In this document: positions 1 to 9,462 of the stretch, piece by piece
Layout of the letters: the number at the start of each line of letters is the position of its first letter
Numbering within the stretch: position 1 is the stretch's first letter
From: Candidatus Peregrinibacteria bacterium
GTDB lineage: Bacteria; Patescibacteriota; Gracilibacteria; Peribacterales; Peribacteraceae
Direction: 5' to 3'
Assembly (NCBI GenBank): GCA_043798355.1
Contig: JAZDOT010000010.1
Coordinates: forward strand, 53,729 to 117,728
DNA: 64,000 nucleotides
The notes under the pieces: model-generated
Told to the model about the DNA's origin: nothing
The model's database searches: none
What the model saw: only the letters and a program-made list of their open reading frames with translations
Position numbers and translations under genes: made by a program

Positions 1-555
1 CTCCTGCGTTCCATGGGAGTTGCGATGCGTGAAGTGCGCTCGATGAAAGATTTGAACGGAGTGGATCACCTCATCATTCCCGGGGGGGAGAGTACGGTCA
101 TGGCAAAATTTCTGCGGGATACCGGACTATGGGTGGAGATTCGGCGAAGGGCGGGGGAAAAGGGCAAAGAGGAAAAAGAGGGCAAAGAAGGCAGAGATCG
201 TCTCCGTGGGATTTACGGTACCTGCGCCGGCGCCATTCTCCTTGCGAAGGAGGTGACGGGAGGCGGAAAGATCACTCCGCTCGGGCTGATCGATATCTCC
301 ATCGAACGCAACGCGTACGGGACGCAGAGAGACAGTTTCGAGGCGAAGATCCATATCCGCGGGGTACGCCTTCCCGTTCCGGTCGCCTTCATCCGCGCGC
401 CGCAGATCACGCGGGTGGGGAAAGGCGTGGAAGTCCTCGCGGCGTGGAAAGGCGACCCTGTTCTCGTACGGCAGGGCTGCATTCTCGCAGGGACGTTTCA
501 TCCTGAAGTGAGGGGGGAGAGAGCGATTCACAGGATGTTTCTGAGATTAGAATGA
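1..555 (+). CDS. pdxT: Pyridoxal 5'-phosphate synthase glutaminase subunit (5'-partial)
   Basis: IIPGGEST, GTCAGAILLA, RNAYG, FIRAP and FHPE motifs; frame is open to the window edge. Confidence 0.95.
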   Translation, partial: LLRSMGVAMREVRSMKDLNGVDHLIIPGGESTVMAKFLRDTGLWVEIRRRAGEKGKEEKEGKEGRDRLRGIYGTCAGAILLAKEVTGGGKITPLGLIDISIERNAYGTQRDSFEAKIHIRGVRLPVPVAFIRAPQITRVGKGVEVLAAWKGDPVLVRQGCILAGTFHPEVRGERAIHRMFLRLE

Positions 556-696
556 GGGTTGAGGGGAAATCCCCGAAGGAAAAAGGGGGCGAAATACTTG
601 CATCTTGCTGATAATTATTGTATAAAAAGATTAGTCCCCCACGTTGGGTGGCAAGAGCAGTTGGTCTTTCATAGATTTTGAATAAGGAACGGAACC

Positions 697-1086
697 ATGA
701 AGATCGTAAAATGGTTTACTGTGGTGATGGTGTTGTTCACTGTGGGGATACCCTTCCTCCTTGTGCCCACCGTTGCCGTGACTCGTGGAATGCAGTGCTT
801 TATGAATGCCGCCTTGGTGGTCTTGGGTGCGACCACTAGTGCGTTATTGATGAGCTCGCGCGTCGAAGCCCTTGAAAAGGAGTTGCGCGAAACGCAGATC
901 GAACTGGGTGGGACCAGACGCATCACAGATCCGCTCCTTTCGGCGTTTAAGTCTTTGCTCATGCCTGGGAGCAAGAAGGAGATCTGGTTTGTTCGTGGTG
1001 ATGAACTGCGGGTGCAACCATTCGCGCCGAGCGGACCGGGCCCCCAAACGTTTAATGTCATTGTTACAAACGTTCCCAGAGGATGA
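697..1086 (+). CDS. Hypothetical membrane protein
   Basis: Two N-terminal hydrophobic segments; purine-rich RBS-like sequence; TTGCAT-N17-TATAAA upstream; terminator downstream. Confidence 0.6.
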   Translation: MKIVKWFTVVMVLFTVGIPFLLVPTVAVTRGMQCFMNAALVVLGATTSALLMSSRVEALEKELRETQIELGGTRRITDPLLSAFKSLLMPGSKKEIWFVRGDELRVQPFAPSGPGPQTFNVIVTNVPRG

Positions 1087-1108
1087 ACATTGCTCGACTG
1101 CTCGCAGA

Positions 1109-1140
1109 GCCCCTGCCAAGGATGGCGGGGGCATTTTTTT
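1109..1140 (+). terminator. Intrinsic terminator
   Basis: GCCCCTGCCA-agga-TGGCGGGGGC stem followed by ATTTTTTT. Confidence 0.75.
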
Positions 1141-1146
1141 GTGAAC

Positions 1147-1176
1147 GGCAGCCGGGATTCATGAATCCCGGCTGCC
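1147..1176. repeat. Perfect 30-bp palindrome (REP-like)
   Basis: GGCAGCCGGGATTCA|TGAATCCCGGCTGCC, next to a RAYT remnant. Confidence 0.8.
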
Positions 1177-1195
1177 AACCGGGCCGGATGGAATA

Positions 1196-1321
1196 TCAAC
1201 CCAACCGGATTTCCGTTGGCTCGACCAGGTGAGGAAAACGAATGGAAGACCATGGCCATTGTTCCGGATCATCAACGAGCCCGTGCCGCCATGCGTTGGA
1301 TTGTACGTATGCAATAGTAAT
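1196..1321 (-). pseudogene. C-terminal remnant of a Y1/RAYT (IS200-like) transposase
   Basis: Manual translation ITIAYVQSNAWRHGLVDDPEQWPWSSIRF...* fits the YxxxNPxRHGLVxxPxxWxWSS motif. Confidence 0.7.
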
Positions 1322-1374
1322 CTCCCCCTTATCCCTTTACTTCCCGACTGTGGATTATAAACTTGTCCTCTTTT

Positions 1375-1386
1375 CGCTCTTTAACA
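1375..1386 (+). promoter_or_regulatory. boxA-like antitermination motif in a structured leader
   Basis: CGCTCTTTAACA matches the boxA consensus; two hairpins follow before the ORF at 1535. Confidence 0.5.
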
Positions 1387-1534
1387 GCATATCTCCCCCA
1401 TTCATCCTCTTTTCGTTTCGTGGCGGAGAGCGTCTCTGCCACATCCATGTTGCCGTGTTTGTTTCCCCGGTACCTTCAACCCAAACACGCGCGAGCGTGA
1501 GGAAGGAGGATGCCGTGGGGGAAAGGAGTCTAAC

Positions 1535-2044
1535 ATGACTCTCCAGTTGATGAGTCGGGTGGTAGTTGGTGCGCCGGCGGGCCTAGTCGAGTTGCTCATG
1601 CGGAGCCTCGGCCATCCCCGATGGATGTACCGCGTGTTCGCGGCGATGCCCAAGGAGTTGCCGGAGCAGGAGAAGCGCAGGGCTGCCTACTTTCGTTGGG
1701 AAAAGGCGGGGAGGCCGTGGCGGTCGGCCCAACAGGACCGCGACAGAGAGTACGCTGCGGCTGTCGAGGAGTTGCGTGAGACCCAGCAGCTGGGCGGCTG
1801 CGCGGTCACATACCTCGATGGAAGCGACCTGAAGATCCTGCTGATCGTGATCCCTGCGACTATCGGCTGCAGCGATAGCCGTGACATCGCCCGATCGCTC
1901 GTCGAAGGGATCGTCGCCTTCGCGCGCGGCAATGGTTGCCGGAAGGTGGTTTGCCTGTGTGCGTTCCAGCGGGAGGTGGAGGACATCCTGCGCGACCAGT
2001 GCTTCTCGTGGGGAGAGGAGGTTTGGATGAAAAACATCCGATGA
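1535..2044 (+). CDS. Hypothetical protein (C-terminus weakly GNAT-like)
   Basis: 169-aa ORF with AAGGAG SD; GC-rich codon usage. Confidence 0.55.
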   Translation: MTLQLMSRVVVGAPAGLVELLMRSLGHPRWMYRVFAAMPKELPEQEKRRAAYFRWEKAGRPWRSAQQDRDREYAAAVEELRETQQLGGCAVTYLDGSDLKILLIVIPATIGCSDSRDIARSLVEGIVAFARGNGCRKVVCLCAFQREVEDILRDQCFSWGEEVWMKNIR

Positions 2045-2118
2045 AGGCTTGTCGGATGACTTCGCCTACGGCACTCGGCCGCTTTGCACATGATGATGCG
2101 AAGCGGCCGGTTTTTGCG

Positions 2119-2148
2119 TTAGGATTAGGGTTAGGATTAGGGCTAAGT
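2119..2148. repeat. (TTAGGR)n hexamer tract
   Basis: ttagga ttaggg ttagga ttaggg ctaagt; reverse complement of the tract at 2517-2540. Confidence 0.85.
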
Positions 2149-2155
2149 CATAAGC

Positions 2156-2509
2156 CTATTTTTCGTATCGGCGAATAAGTCCTGAAAGCATTTTGCCCGT
2201 TTCATCCAGAAGATGGCATGCACGGTCGGCTTGGGTTATTGCGATGTACCCAACCGCGATGCTCGCGAGTAAGAATGCCTTTGTCTCTGTGCATTCTCCG
2301 CGCGCAATGGTGAACTTGTATGCCTTGTCTGCCGGTGTTGTTCTGCTTAATCCTTCTGCGGTGTTGGCGAGAATGCTTGTTGATGATCTTCGCATCTGCA
2401 TGACAAGGACAAATTTCTCTTCGGCAGGAAACAATCCAGTTAATCGATAAATTTCCCGGATGAGTTCCGTTGCTCTTTGCCAGACGTGTAAGTGTTCAAA
2501 GCCATTCAT
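2156..2509 (-). CDS. Four-helix-bundle protein (23S rRNA IVP/Avd-like family)
   Basis: FEHLHVWQRA..FPAEEKF..QMRRSSTSILANTAEG..ARGECTE motifs. Confidence 0.9.
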   Translation of the reverse strand: MNGFEHLHVWQRATELIREIYRLTGLFPAEEKFVLVMQMRRSSTSILANTAEGLSRTTPADKAYKFTIARGECTETKAFLLASIAVGYIAITQADRACHLLDETGKMLSGLIRRYEK

Positions 2510-2536
2510 AATTGAAACCTAATCCTAACCCTAATA

Positions 2537-4033
2537 CTAAACACTTTGTCGATACTGCAGCGCCTCCGCGATGTGTGCCGTCGCGATGTCTTTCTCACCC
2601 GAGAGATCGGCGATGGTGCGGGCGACCTTGATGATGCGGTGGTAGGCGCGGGCAGAGAGGCCGAGGCGTTCGACGGCTTGCCTGAGGAGCTGGAGCGACG
2701 CTGTGTCCAAAGGACAGAGCGTATCGATGTGCTTCACGGTCATTTCCTTGTTCGTCCGGATGCCCAGCCCGTGGAATCGTTGTAGTTGAGCTGCGCGTGC
2801 CTGCATGACACGTTTCAGGATATCTTTGCTCGACTCCGTACTCGCGGATGGACGGCGTTGGAGATCCTCGATGGGAACCGGCTGGACGGCGATGGTGAGG
2901 TCGATGCGGTCGAGGAGCGGCGCGGAGATGCGGCGCAGGATCCGGCTCTCGCCTCTTGCAGTGAACTGCGGGGGATTCATGGCGGCGATCATGATGAAGT
3001 CCGCAGGGAAGGTGACGGCGCCCTGCGCGCGGGTAATGGTGATCTGCCGGTCTTCCAGCGGTTGGCGCAGCACCTCGAGAACCTGCGAAGGAAACTCCGC
3101 CAATTCATCGAGGAAGAGCACGCCCTTGTGCGCGAGGCTGATTTCGCCCGGTCCCGGGATCTGCCCGCCTCCGACGATACTGACACCGCTCGCGGTGTGG
3201 TGGACCACGCGGAAGGGGCGCCTCTTCATGAGGGGCGCTTCCGGCGGGAGGAGATTCGCCACGGAGTAAATCTGCGTCACTTCGATGGACTCTTCTTCAG
3301 TCAGAGGGGGGAGGATCCCGCGAAAGGCGCGTGCGAGGAGAGTCTTCCCGGCTCCGGGTGCTCCCGAGAGGAGCACGTTGTGTCCGCCTGCAGCGGCGAT
3401 CTCGAGAGCCCGCTTCGCGTGTTCCTGTCCGCGCACGTCGGCGAAGTCAGTGAGGCCTTCTTCCGCGAGAGTGGTTACTGCACAGGCGGGAGTTTCGATG
3501 GGATCCGCTGCGCGGTCACCGAGGAGGACGGCAATGAGCTCCTGCAGATGTTCGGCGCCGATCACCGTGAGTCCAGAGATGAGCGCAGCTTCGGGTGCGT
3601 TCACGGAGGGGACGACGAGGGTCGAAATGCCGAGTCTCCGGCAGGCGATGGCAGCCGAGAGGACGCCGGTCACATGCCTCAGCGATCCGTCCAGAGCCAG
3701 CTCTCCGAGGAAAGCCATGGAGGCGAGTTGTTTCTCCGGAAGGACGAGTGCATCCGAAACGATGAGGAGCCCGAGGGCGATGGCCAGGTCGTAGCGGGGT
3801 CCGACCTTGCGCAAATCAGCGGGTGCGAGGTTCACGGTGACCGTCCGGCCGGTGGGAAGTCGGTAGCCGCGGGTACGGAGCGCCATCTTCACCCGCTGCT
3901 TACTCTCCTGCACGGCGGTATCGCCGAGGCCGACAATCTGGACGACCCCCTCTCCGGGCAGAGAACCGATTTCAACGGTGATGCGCTCGCTCTTCAGTCC
4001 CACGGTGGCGAACGATGTCAGTTTTGTGAGCAT
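2537..4033 (-). CDS. comM: YifB/ComM Mg-chelatase-like AAA+ ATPase
   Basis: VNLAPADLRK, GELALDG, GAPGAGKT, PGEISLAHKGVLFLDE, VARTIADL. Confidence 0.93.
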   Translation of the reverse strand: MLTKLTSFATVGLKSERITVEIGSLPGEGVVQIVGLGDTAVQESKQRVKMALRTRGYRLPTGRTVTVNLAPADLRKVGPRYDLAIALGLLIVSDALVLPEKQLASMAFLGELALDGSLRHVTGVLSAAIACRRLGISTLVVPSVNAPEAALISGLTVIGAEHLQELIAVLLGDRAADPIETPACAVTTLAEEGLTDFADVRGQEHAKRALEIAAAGGHNVLLSGAPGAGKTLLARAFRGILPPLTEEESIEVTQIYSVANLLPPEAPLMKRRPFRVVHHTASGVSIVGGGQIPGPGEISLAHKGVLFLDELAEFPSQVLEVLRQPLEDRQITITRAQGAVTFPADFIMIAAMNPPQFTARGESRILRRISAPLLDRIDLTIAVQPVPIEDLQRRPSASTESSKDILKRVMQARAAQLQRFHGLGIRTNKEMTVKHIDTLCPLDTASLQLLRQAVERLGLSARAYHRIIKVARTIADLSGEKDIATAHIAEALQYRQSV

Positions 4034-4124
4034 GGAAGTAAAGGAGAATGGACAGGAACAAGTGTACTTACGTACACCTCCCTCTTCCTAGGAAAAAGAC
4101 TGGACGAACGTACACCTTTGGAGT

Positions 4125-4556
4125 ATGGTTGGCTTCATGAAGAGATATTCTCCGGCTCCTGTTCGTACGGTTGTCCGAAGTCAAGTAAAGCAGACCGTCG
4201 CAAAGCATATGAAGGTTGGCAGGAGCGGCGAGGAAGCCGCAGAACGATTTTTGAGGCGCCTCGGATACAGGATCGATGGAAAGAATATCCGTCTCGGGAA
4301 AGACGAAGTGGACATTCTCGCGTGGGACCCGCGTGACGATGTGGTCGTGTTCGTGGAGGTAAAGACACGTTCCATTCCCAGCGAGGATTTCTGCCCGGTC
4401 ATCAATGTCACGCGGAAGAAGCGGTGGAGCATGCGACGCGCAGCGAGAAGATGGGTCGCGGACCATGAGTATGAAGGCGGCTATCGCATCGACGTGGTCA
4501 GTGTTTCCGGATCCCGCGTGACCGATCACATCATCGAATTGTCGTGGACGCGATGA
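4125..4556 (+). CDS. yraN: YraN family endonuclease (start could be 4137 or later)
   Basis: GEEAAERFL, EVDILA, VFVEVKTR, YRIDVV; adjacent to comM. Confidence 0.88.
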   Translation: MVGFMKRYSPAPVRTVVRSQVKQTVAKHMKVGRSGEEAAERFLRRLGYRIDGKNIRLGKDEVDILAWDPRDDVVVFVEVKTRSIPSEDFCPVINVTRKKRWSMRRAARRWVADHEYEGGYRIDVVSVSGSRVTDHIIELSWTR

Positions 4557-4667
4557 GCTTTGGGCTTTGAGTCGTCAGTAGACAGACCGTACCATCGGCT
4601 TCCCATTCGATGGGCGGAATATGTTGTTCAGAAGCAGCTTTCCAAGCTGCGGTAGCTCCGAACGATT

Positions 4668-5363
4668 TTAGGGACAAAACAGCGCGATACACTGTGTATC
4701 GCGAATAATGCGTTTTGCAGGCCACCGTCGCTCATCCTCTTTGCTCTGCGTCATCTCCTGCCAAACTTTTTGTTTTGCTTCCCCTTTCAAGAGGAACATA
4801 CAGGATCGTGCGGAGGCGAGAACGGGAAGTGTTGCGGAGATCCTCCGCCGGACAGCGAAACGATCCGTTTCGGTGCTGATGATCGCATGTTGCGGGTCGA
4901 GAGCGTCGTCATCTGCGAGCGGCGGGAAGAGCGAGGCAATGTGACCGTCCTCTCCCATACCGAGGATGACGAGATCGGGGGTGCTGTCCCGGAATTTTTT
5001 TGAGAGTACTTGGTCGTAGGAGGCGGCACATCGATCGTAGGGAAGGGTAGTATCCGGAAAGAGGAGATTTTTCTCCGGGATTCTTGCCACCGAAAGAAGT
5101 GTCTCTCGGATCAGCCGTTGATTGCTCTCCTTTTCATTTGCAGGGACGTAGCGTTCATCAACGAGGAAGAGGAACACTTTCGCCCACTCGATGGGCAGTG
5201 CTACGAGGGCATTGTAGACGGGGCCCGGTGTTGATCCCCCCGAGAGGCCGACAAGGCACTGTCCGCGCGAAGCGATGTTTTTATTGATGTGCCTGGCGGT
5301 TTCGTTCGCAGCGGTGCGGATAAATTCCGTCTCCGATGTTGCGATCATCGTTTGGAGGGACAT
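4668..5363 (-). CDS. pgl: 6-phosphogluconolactonase
   Basis: LSGGSTP, DERYVP, LGMGEDGHIASLFP. Confidence 0.93.
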   Translation of the reverse strand: MSLQTMIATSETEFIRTAANETARHINKNIASRGQCLVGLSGGSTPGPVYNALVALPIEWAKVFLFLVDERYVPANEKESNQRLIRETLLSVARIPEKNLLFPDTTLPYDRCAASYDQVLSKKFRDSTPDLVILGMGEDGHIASLFPPLADDDALDPQHAIISTETDRFAVRRRISATLPVLASARSCMFLLKGEAKQKVWQEMTQSKEDERRWPAKRIIRDTQCIALFCP

Positions 5364-5385
5364 GGGGGCATCATAGCATCTGTAA

Positions 5386-5456
5386 GTTTTTTATTTTTCG
5401 TTGCTCGTTTTTCGTTCTTTCGCATGAAGAACGAAAAACCAAAAACCAACAACCTC
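5386..5456. repeat. Inverted heptamer-like tracts forming an imperfect hairpin
   Basis: tttttcgttctt...aagaacgaaaaa core with degenerate 7-mer extensions. Confidence 0.7.
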
Positions 5457-5465
5457 TCGTATTCG

Positions 5466-6920
5466 TTATAACCATTTGATCCCCTCCCGTGCGATCCATT
5501 CCTCCGCCGCCTTCGGTCCGTCCGTTCCCGCTCTATAGGAATGGAGCGCCGTCGCAGGATCGTCGAGATAGGCCTGCAGAGGATCAATGAGTCTCCATGC
5601 GGCATCGACCTCCTCCGGTGAGAGGAACCATTGTTTTTTTCCATGGATGGCTTCGAGGAGAAGCAAGCCGTGTTCGGGGAGGCAGTCGCCCTCGCAGACA
5701 AGCGGATCGGAGAGGATGAGCGGGCGGAACGCAGGCTCGGTGCCGCCCAGCTTCGTCTGCAGGTGGAAACGCATTCCTGCTTCGCCCTGCAGGATGATGT
5801 CGAGGCGGTTGGGTCCTGCCCCCTTCCCGACGGACCACGGCTCCTGAAAGCTGAGGGTCAGGCGCGTCTCTTTACCGGCAAGGCGTTTGCCGGCACGGAA
5901 GAGGAAGGGGATGCCTTCCCATCGTGGCATGCGGCTCCGGAGCCGGAGGGCGACAAACGTATTCGTTCGCGAATGCGGGGGAACGCCTTCCTCATTGCGG
6001 TACCCCTTTACCTGTTCTTTGCCGATGGTTCCGGCAGCATACTGCCCCTGGATGATGACGTCTTTGAGCGAGCGGGCGGGGGGAACGTAGAAGCGGCGGA
6101 GAGCTTCCAACCGGGAACGTGCGAAAGAGACCGGCGTTTCCGTAAGACGCATGGTGAGGAGAGACGCCACCATAAGCAGGTGACTCTGGAAGATGTCACG
6201 GAGCGTTCCCGTATGGTCAAAATATCCCGCACGCCCCTCGATGCCGGCGGATTCGGGGGCGGAAATTTCCACATACTGGAGGAGCGTATGGGCAAAAATT
6301 TCCTCGAGAATGGGGTTGGCAAGACGCAGGTAGTAGACGTTGCGGGCCGCTTCTTTGCCGAGGTAGTGATCCAGAAAATAGATATGCTTCTCGTGCACGC
6401 AGTGTTTGAGCGAGGATGAGATCGCCCGAAAGTCGTCGAAGTTGTGGCCGACCGGCTTTTCCAGGATGCAGCGAAGCTCCTTCCGGTCGTGGGCAAATCC
6501 GCTTTTACAGAGATTCTCAGAGATGGGAGAAAAGATGGTCGGGGGGACGGAGTAGTAAGCGAGACGGACCCCCTTCCTCCATCCTTTTTCGACGGAGGTC
6601 AGGCGATGCCGCAGCGCATGATAATCCCCTTCCTCCGTGTACTCTCCGGTGTGGTACCAGCAATGAGTTAAAAACTCTTTCAGGACGCTCTCATTCGCCG
6701 CCCCCATCATGTCTGTCCGCACGGACTCGGCGACGCATGTGCGGAATGACGCGTCATTCATGGCTGTGCGCGAGAAGCCGACGACGGCGTAGTCCTTCGG
6801 CAGGCGCTTTTTCAGCGTCAACGTGTAGAGTGCCGGGTAGATTTTGAACCGTGCCAAGTGCCCTGATGCTCCGAAGAGGAGCAAGGAGAAGGGGGATGGC
6901 GCGGAGAGCATTTCTGACAT
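5466..6920 (-). CDS. zwf: Glucose-6-phosphate 1-dehydrogenase
   Basis: FGASGHLA, EKPVG, DHYLGKE, RDIFQSHLL, RWEGIPF..RAGK; start placed 6 nt after a TGcTATGCT -10. Confidence 0.93.
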   Translation of the reverse strand: MSEMLSAPSPFSLLLFGASGHLARFKIYPALYTLTLKKRLPKDYAVVGFSRTAMNDASFRTCVAESVRTDMMGAANESVLKEFLTHCWYHTGEYTEEGDYHALRHRLTSVEKGWRKGVRLAYYSVPPTIFSPISENLCKSGFAHDRKELRCILEKPVGHNFDDFRAISSSLKHCVHEKHIYFLDHYLGKEAARNVYYLRLANPILEEIFAHTLLQYVEISAPESAGIEGRAGYFDHTGTLRDIFQSHLLMVASLLTMRLTETPVSFARSRLEALRRFYVPPARSLKDVIIQGQYAAGTIGKEQVKGYRNEEGVPPHSRTNTFVALRLRSRMPRWEGIPFLFRAGKRLAGKETRLTLSFQEPWSVGKGAGPNRLDIILQGEAGMRFHLQTKLGGTEPAFRPLILSDPLVCEGDCLPEHGLLLLEAIHGKKQWFLSPEEVDAAWRLIDPLQAYLDDPATALHSYRAGTDGPKAAEEWIAREGIKWL

Positions 6921-7069
6921 GGAGGAAGCATAGCAGGACAGGCTCATTATGGATGAGTGATTTAAGATTTTTGATTGCCAGTTGGGAGAGTCTCACCTGA
7001 TACCAGTTGCACTGGTACTCCTCCTTTTCTTTTGTTAAGATACCCCCCGTTCTTTCCCCTCCCCTCCTG

Positions 7070-7318
7070 ATGGCTCCGCAACCCTTCAATCCTGTGCGTT
7101 TTGGCCTTGCCCTCGGCCTCACGTGCGCTGTCGGCGTGCTCTTCCTCGGCGTCTCTGCCCACTACTTTGGGTGGGGGGAAGAGATGGTCCGGATCTTTTC
7201 GACAGTGTACCGCGGGTACGACTCTTCACTCCCCGGTACGTTCTTCGGCATGGGCTATGGCATCGTTACCGGCCTCGTCACCGGCTGGCTGTTCGCGTGG
7301 TTCTACAACAAGCTGTAG
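7070..7318 (+). CDS. Small two-TM membrane protein (holin-like/DUF5676-like)
   Basis: 82 aa, FGLALGL..YRGY..GWLFAWFYNKL pattern. Confidence 0.65.
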   Translation: MAPQPFNPVRFGLALGLTCAVGVLFLGVSAHYFGWGEEMVRIFSTVYRGYDSSLPGTFFGMGYGIVTGLVTGWLFAWFYNKL

Positions 7319-7534
7319 TGAGGCGCGAGAGACAAACCTCCGGTTTTTCTCTCGCGGACTCTCTTTTCCCTTAAAGGTGCGGCTCCAGCGCGGGTACCCC
7401 GAGACCCGCGCTTCGCCGCAATTGTTGTATTGCTTCAGCCCGCTCTCTGTTCCGGCAATAACCAGGGATACTATCAAAGTGCTCATGTCAGTGGTGTTGG
7501 TATTTTTTTGAGGTTGATCGTTTCGGATGGCCTT

Positions 7535-7864
7535 TTAAACCTCAAGCAACGGGTCGAGTAGGGTCAAGAGATGGTTACGTTGTGCTTCTGTCAGCTTATT
7601 TGGATCTGTGGTGGATGCAGGGTCTGATAGATCCAATAGGTAGCTTACAGGTTCCCGGGCAAGCAAATCAGCCAAGACACTTGCTTGGTGAAACGCCCTG
7701 GTTTCCTCTTCATTTCCACGCAATCGTAGAATTCTCTCAACGTCCTCTTTGTAGAGAGTAAATATTGGAGTTTCTTCCGTTGCTGGTATCGGACATTCTG
7801 GTGTCTCATCTCCTATGGAGAGCTGTGCGACAGGTTGCTGGTCTAATTCAGATGTGGTTGGCAT
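7535..7864 (-). CDS. Hypothetical acidic protein
   Basis: 109-aa ORF, more AT-rich than its flanks; TAGTAT 6 nt before the ATG. Confidence 0.55.
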   Translation of the reverse strand: MPTTSELDQQPVAQLSIGDETPECPIPATEETPIFTLYKEDVERILRLRGNEEETRAFHQASVLADLLAREPVSYLLDLSDPASTTDPNKLTEAQRNHLLTLLDPLLEV

Positions 7865-7975
7865 GTCTGTATACTATCATTCCGTACCATGTCAGATACC
7901 TCTGCAATGCTCCCGAAGTCGGGAGACAAAGGATTTCTCTCTTTGGTCTGTCGTGCAATCAGCCCGGCGATGTTC

Positions 7976-8004
7976 TTGCATGCCGACCTCTCCGGGGTTA
8001 TAGT
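7976..8004 (+). promoter_or_regulatory. Sigma70-type promoter of the metK leader
   Basis: TTGCAT-N17-TATAGT. Confidence 0.6.
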
Positions 8005-8020
8005 GCAAGAGACATCATCG

Positions 8021-8160
8021 CCTATCCAGAGAGGCGTCGAGGGCAGCCTTCGCTCCAAAAGAGCTTCGGCCGCCGCGGGATCTGGCCCGCTAGAGACGCC
8101 CCCCAACCACCCCCGCAGGGGGAACGGTGGGAACTCCAGCCCCCATTGGGGGAAGATAGC
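8021..8160 (+). ncRNA. SAM-I (S-box) riboswitch with an insertion
   Basis: CTATCCAGAG..GAGGG[insert]ATCTGGCCC..CCAACC..GGTGGGAACTCCAGC..GAAGATAG; P1 CTATC/GATAG; lies upstream of metK. Confidence 0.8.
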
Positions 8161-8213
8161 TTTCCAAGCTCACGCTTCCACTCACTGAGAGGTGATTTTC
8201 CCCTTATCCCTTC

Positions 8214-8265
8214 TTAACCTTAACCTTAACCTTAACCTTAGCCTTAGCCTTAATCCCCTAACCCT
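8214..8265. repeat. (CCTTAA/CCTTAG/CCCTAA)n hexamer tract abutting the metK ATG
   Basis: Direct reading of the sequence. Confidence 0.85.
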
Positions 8266-9462
8266 ATGTCCTACTTCTTCACTTCCGAATCAGTCACCGA
8301 GGGCCACCCTGATAAACTCTGTGACCAGATCAGTGACGCCATCCTCGACGAAGCACTCCGGCAGGACCCGACGGCGCACGTCGCCTGCGAATGTCTCGCG
8401 ACGACTGGCCTCGTGGTGGTCGCCGGAGAGATGCGCACCAAGGGCTACATCGATATCGCGGGGACGGCGCGTCGCACCATCCGGGAGATCGGGTACGACG
8501 ATGCCACGTACGGATTCGATCACAAGGCCTGTGCGGTGGTGGTGAGCGTGGGGGAGCAGAGCGCCGATATCCAGTTGGGCGTGGATCAGGACAAGAACGT
8601 TTCCAAGGAGCAGGGCGCGGGCGATCAGGGGCTCATGTTCGGGTTCGCCTGCGACGAAACGCCGGAACTCATGCCGCTGCCGATCTCGCTGGCGCACCGC
8701 CTCACGAAGAAACTGGCGCAGGTCCGGAAGACGAACGGTCTCACGTATTTGCGCCCCGACGGGAAGAGCCAGGTGACGGTGCAGTACAGTGACTCCGGCA
8801 AGCCGGAGCGCGTCTCCTGCGTCGTCATCTCTACGCAACATGCGGATGCCGTTTCGCAAACGCAGATCCGCGAAGACATCATCCGCGAAATTATCACGCC
8901 GGTCTGCGGGCACTACCTCGATGCCCGGACACTCTACCACATCAATCCCACGGGGCGTTTCGTTATAGGCGGACCCCCGGGCGATTGCGGCCTCACCGGA
9001 CGCAAGATCATCGTGGATACGTACGGAGGGTACAGCCGCCACGGCGGCGGGGCGTTCTCCGGGAAGGATCCGAGCAAGGTGGACCGCTCGGCGGCCTACG
9101 CGGCGCGCTGGATCGCGAAACACGTCGTGAAGTCCGGCCTCGCGAAGAAGTGCGAGGTGCAGATCGCCTACGCCATCGGCGTCTGTCAGCCCGTCTCCGT
9201 GCACGTGGACACCTTCGGGACCTCGACCGTGAATGACCGCATCCTCGAACAGGCGCTCTCGATGGTCTTCGATCTCCGTCCTGCAGCCATCATCAGAGAT
9301 CTCGACCTCCTCCGGCCCATTTACCGGAACCTCGCGACCTATGGTCACATGGGCAGAGAGGACCTGCGGGTGAAGTGGGAGGAGACTCCGCGGACCGAAG
9401 CGCTGCTGAAGGCAGTGATTGAGTTGACGCAGAAAAGAGAGCCGGGAGCTATCAGCTTTTAG
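8266..9462 (+). CDS. metK: S-adenosylmethionine synthetase
   Basis: [35 protein letters not shown]. Confidence 0.98.
   Translation: MSYFFTSESVTEGHPDKLCDQISDAILDEALRQDPTAHVACECLATTGLVVVAGEMRTKGYIDIAGTARRTIREIGYDDATYGFDHKACAVVVSVGEQSADIQLGVDQDKNVSKEQGAGDQGLMFGFACDETPELMPLPISLAHRLTKKLAQVRKTNGLTYLRPDGKSQVTVQYSDSGKPERVSCVVISTQHADAVSQTQIREDIIREIITPVCGHYLDARTLYHINPTGRFVIGGPPGDCGLTGRKIIVDTYGGYSRHGGGAFSGKDPSKVDRSAAYAARWIAKHVVKSGLAKKCEVQIAYAIGVCQPVSVHVDTFGTSTVNDRILEQALSMVFDLRPAAIIRDLDLLRPIYRNLATYGHMGREDLRVKWEETPRTEALLKAVIELTQKREPGAISF

Noticed and set aside
2786-4336. Long antisense ORFs (516 aa here; also 8290-9348, 11863-12840, 29606-30556, 59150-60118)
   Set aside because: Shadows of GC-rich genes on the opposite strand with no recognisable motifs.
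7070-7318. Prophage suggested by a holin-like gene
   Set aside because: No terminase, capsid, tail or phage replication genes in the window.
7320-7486. Possible RNase P or other ncRNA (hairpins, GAGAGTCC on the minus strand)
   Set aside because: Too short, and the other conserved RNase P segments are missing; left unannotated.
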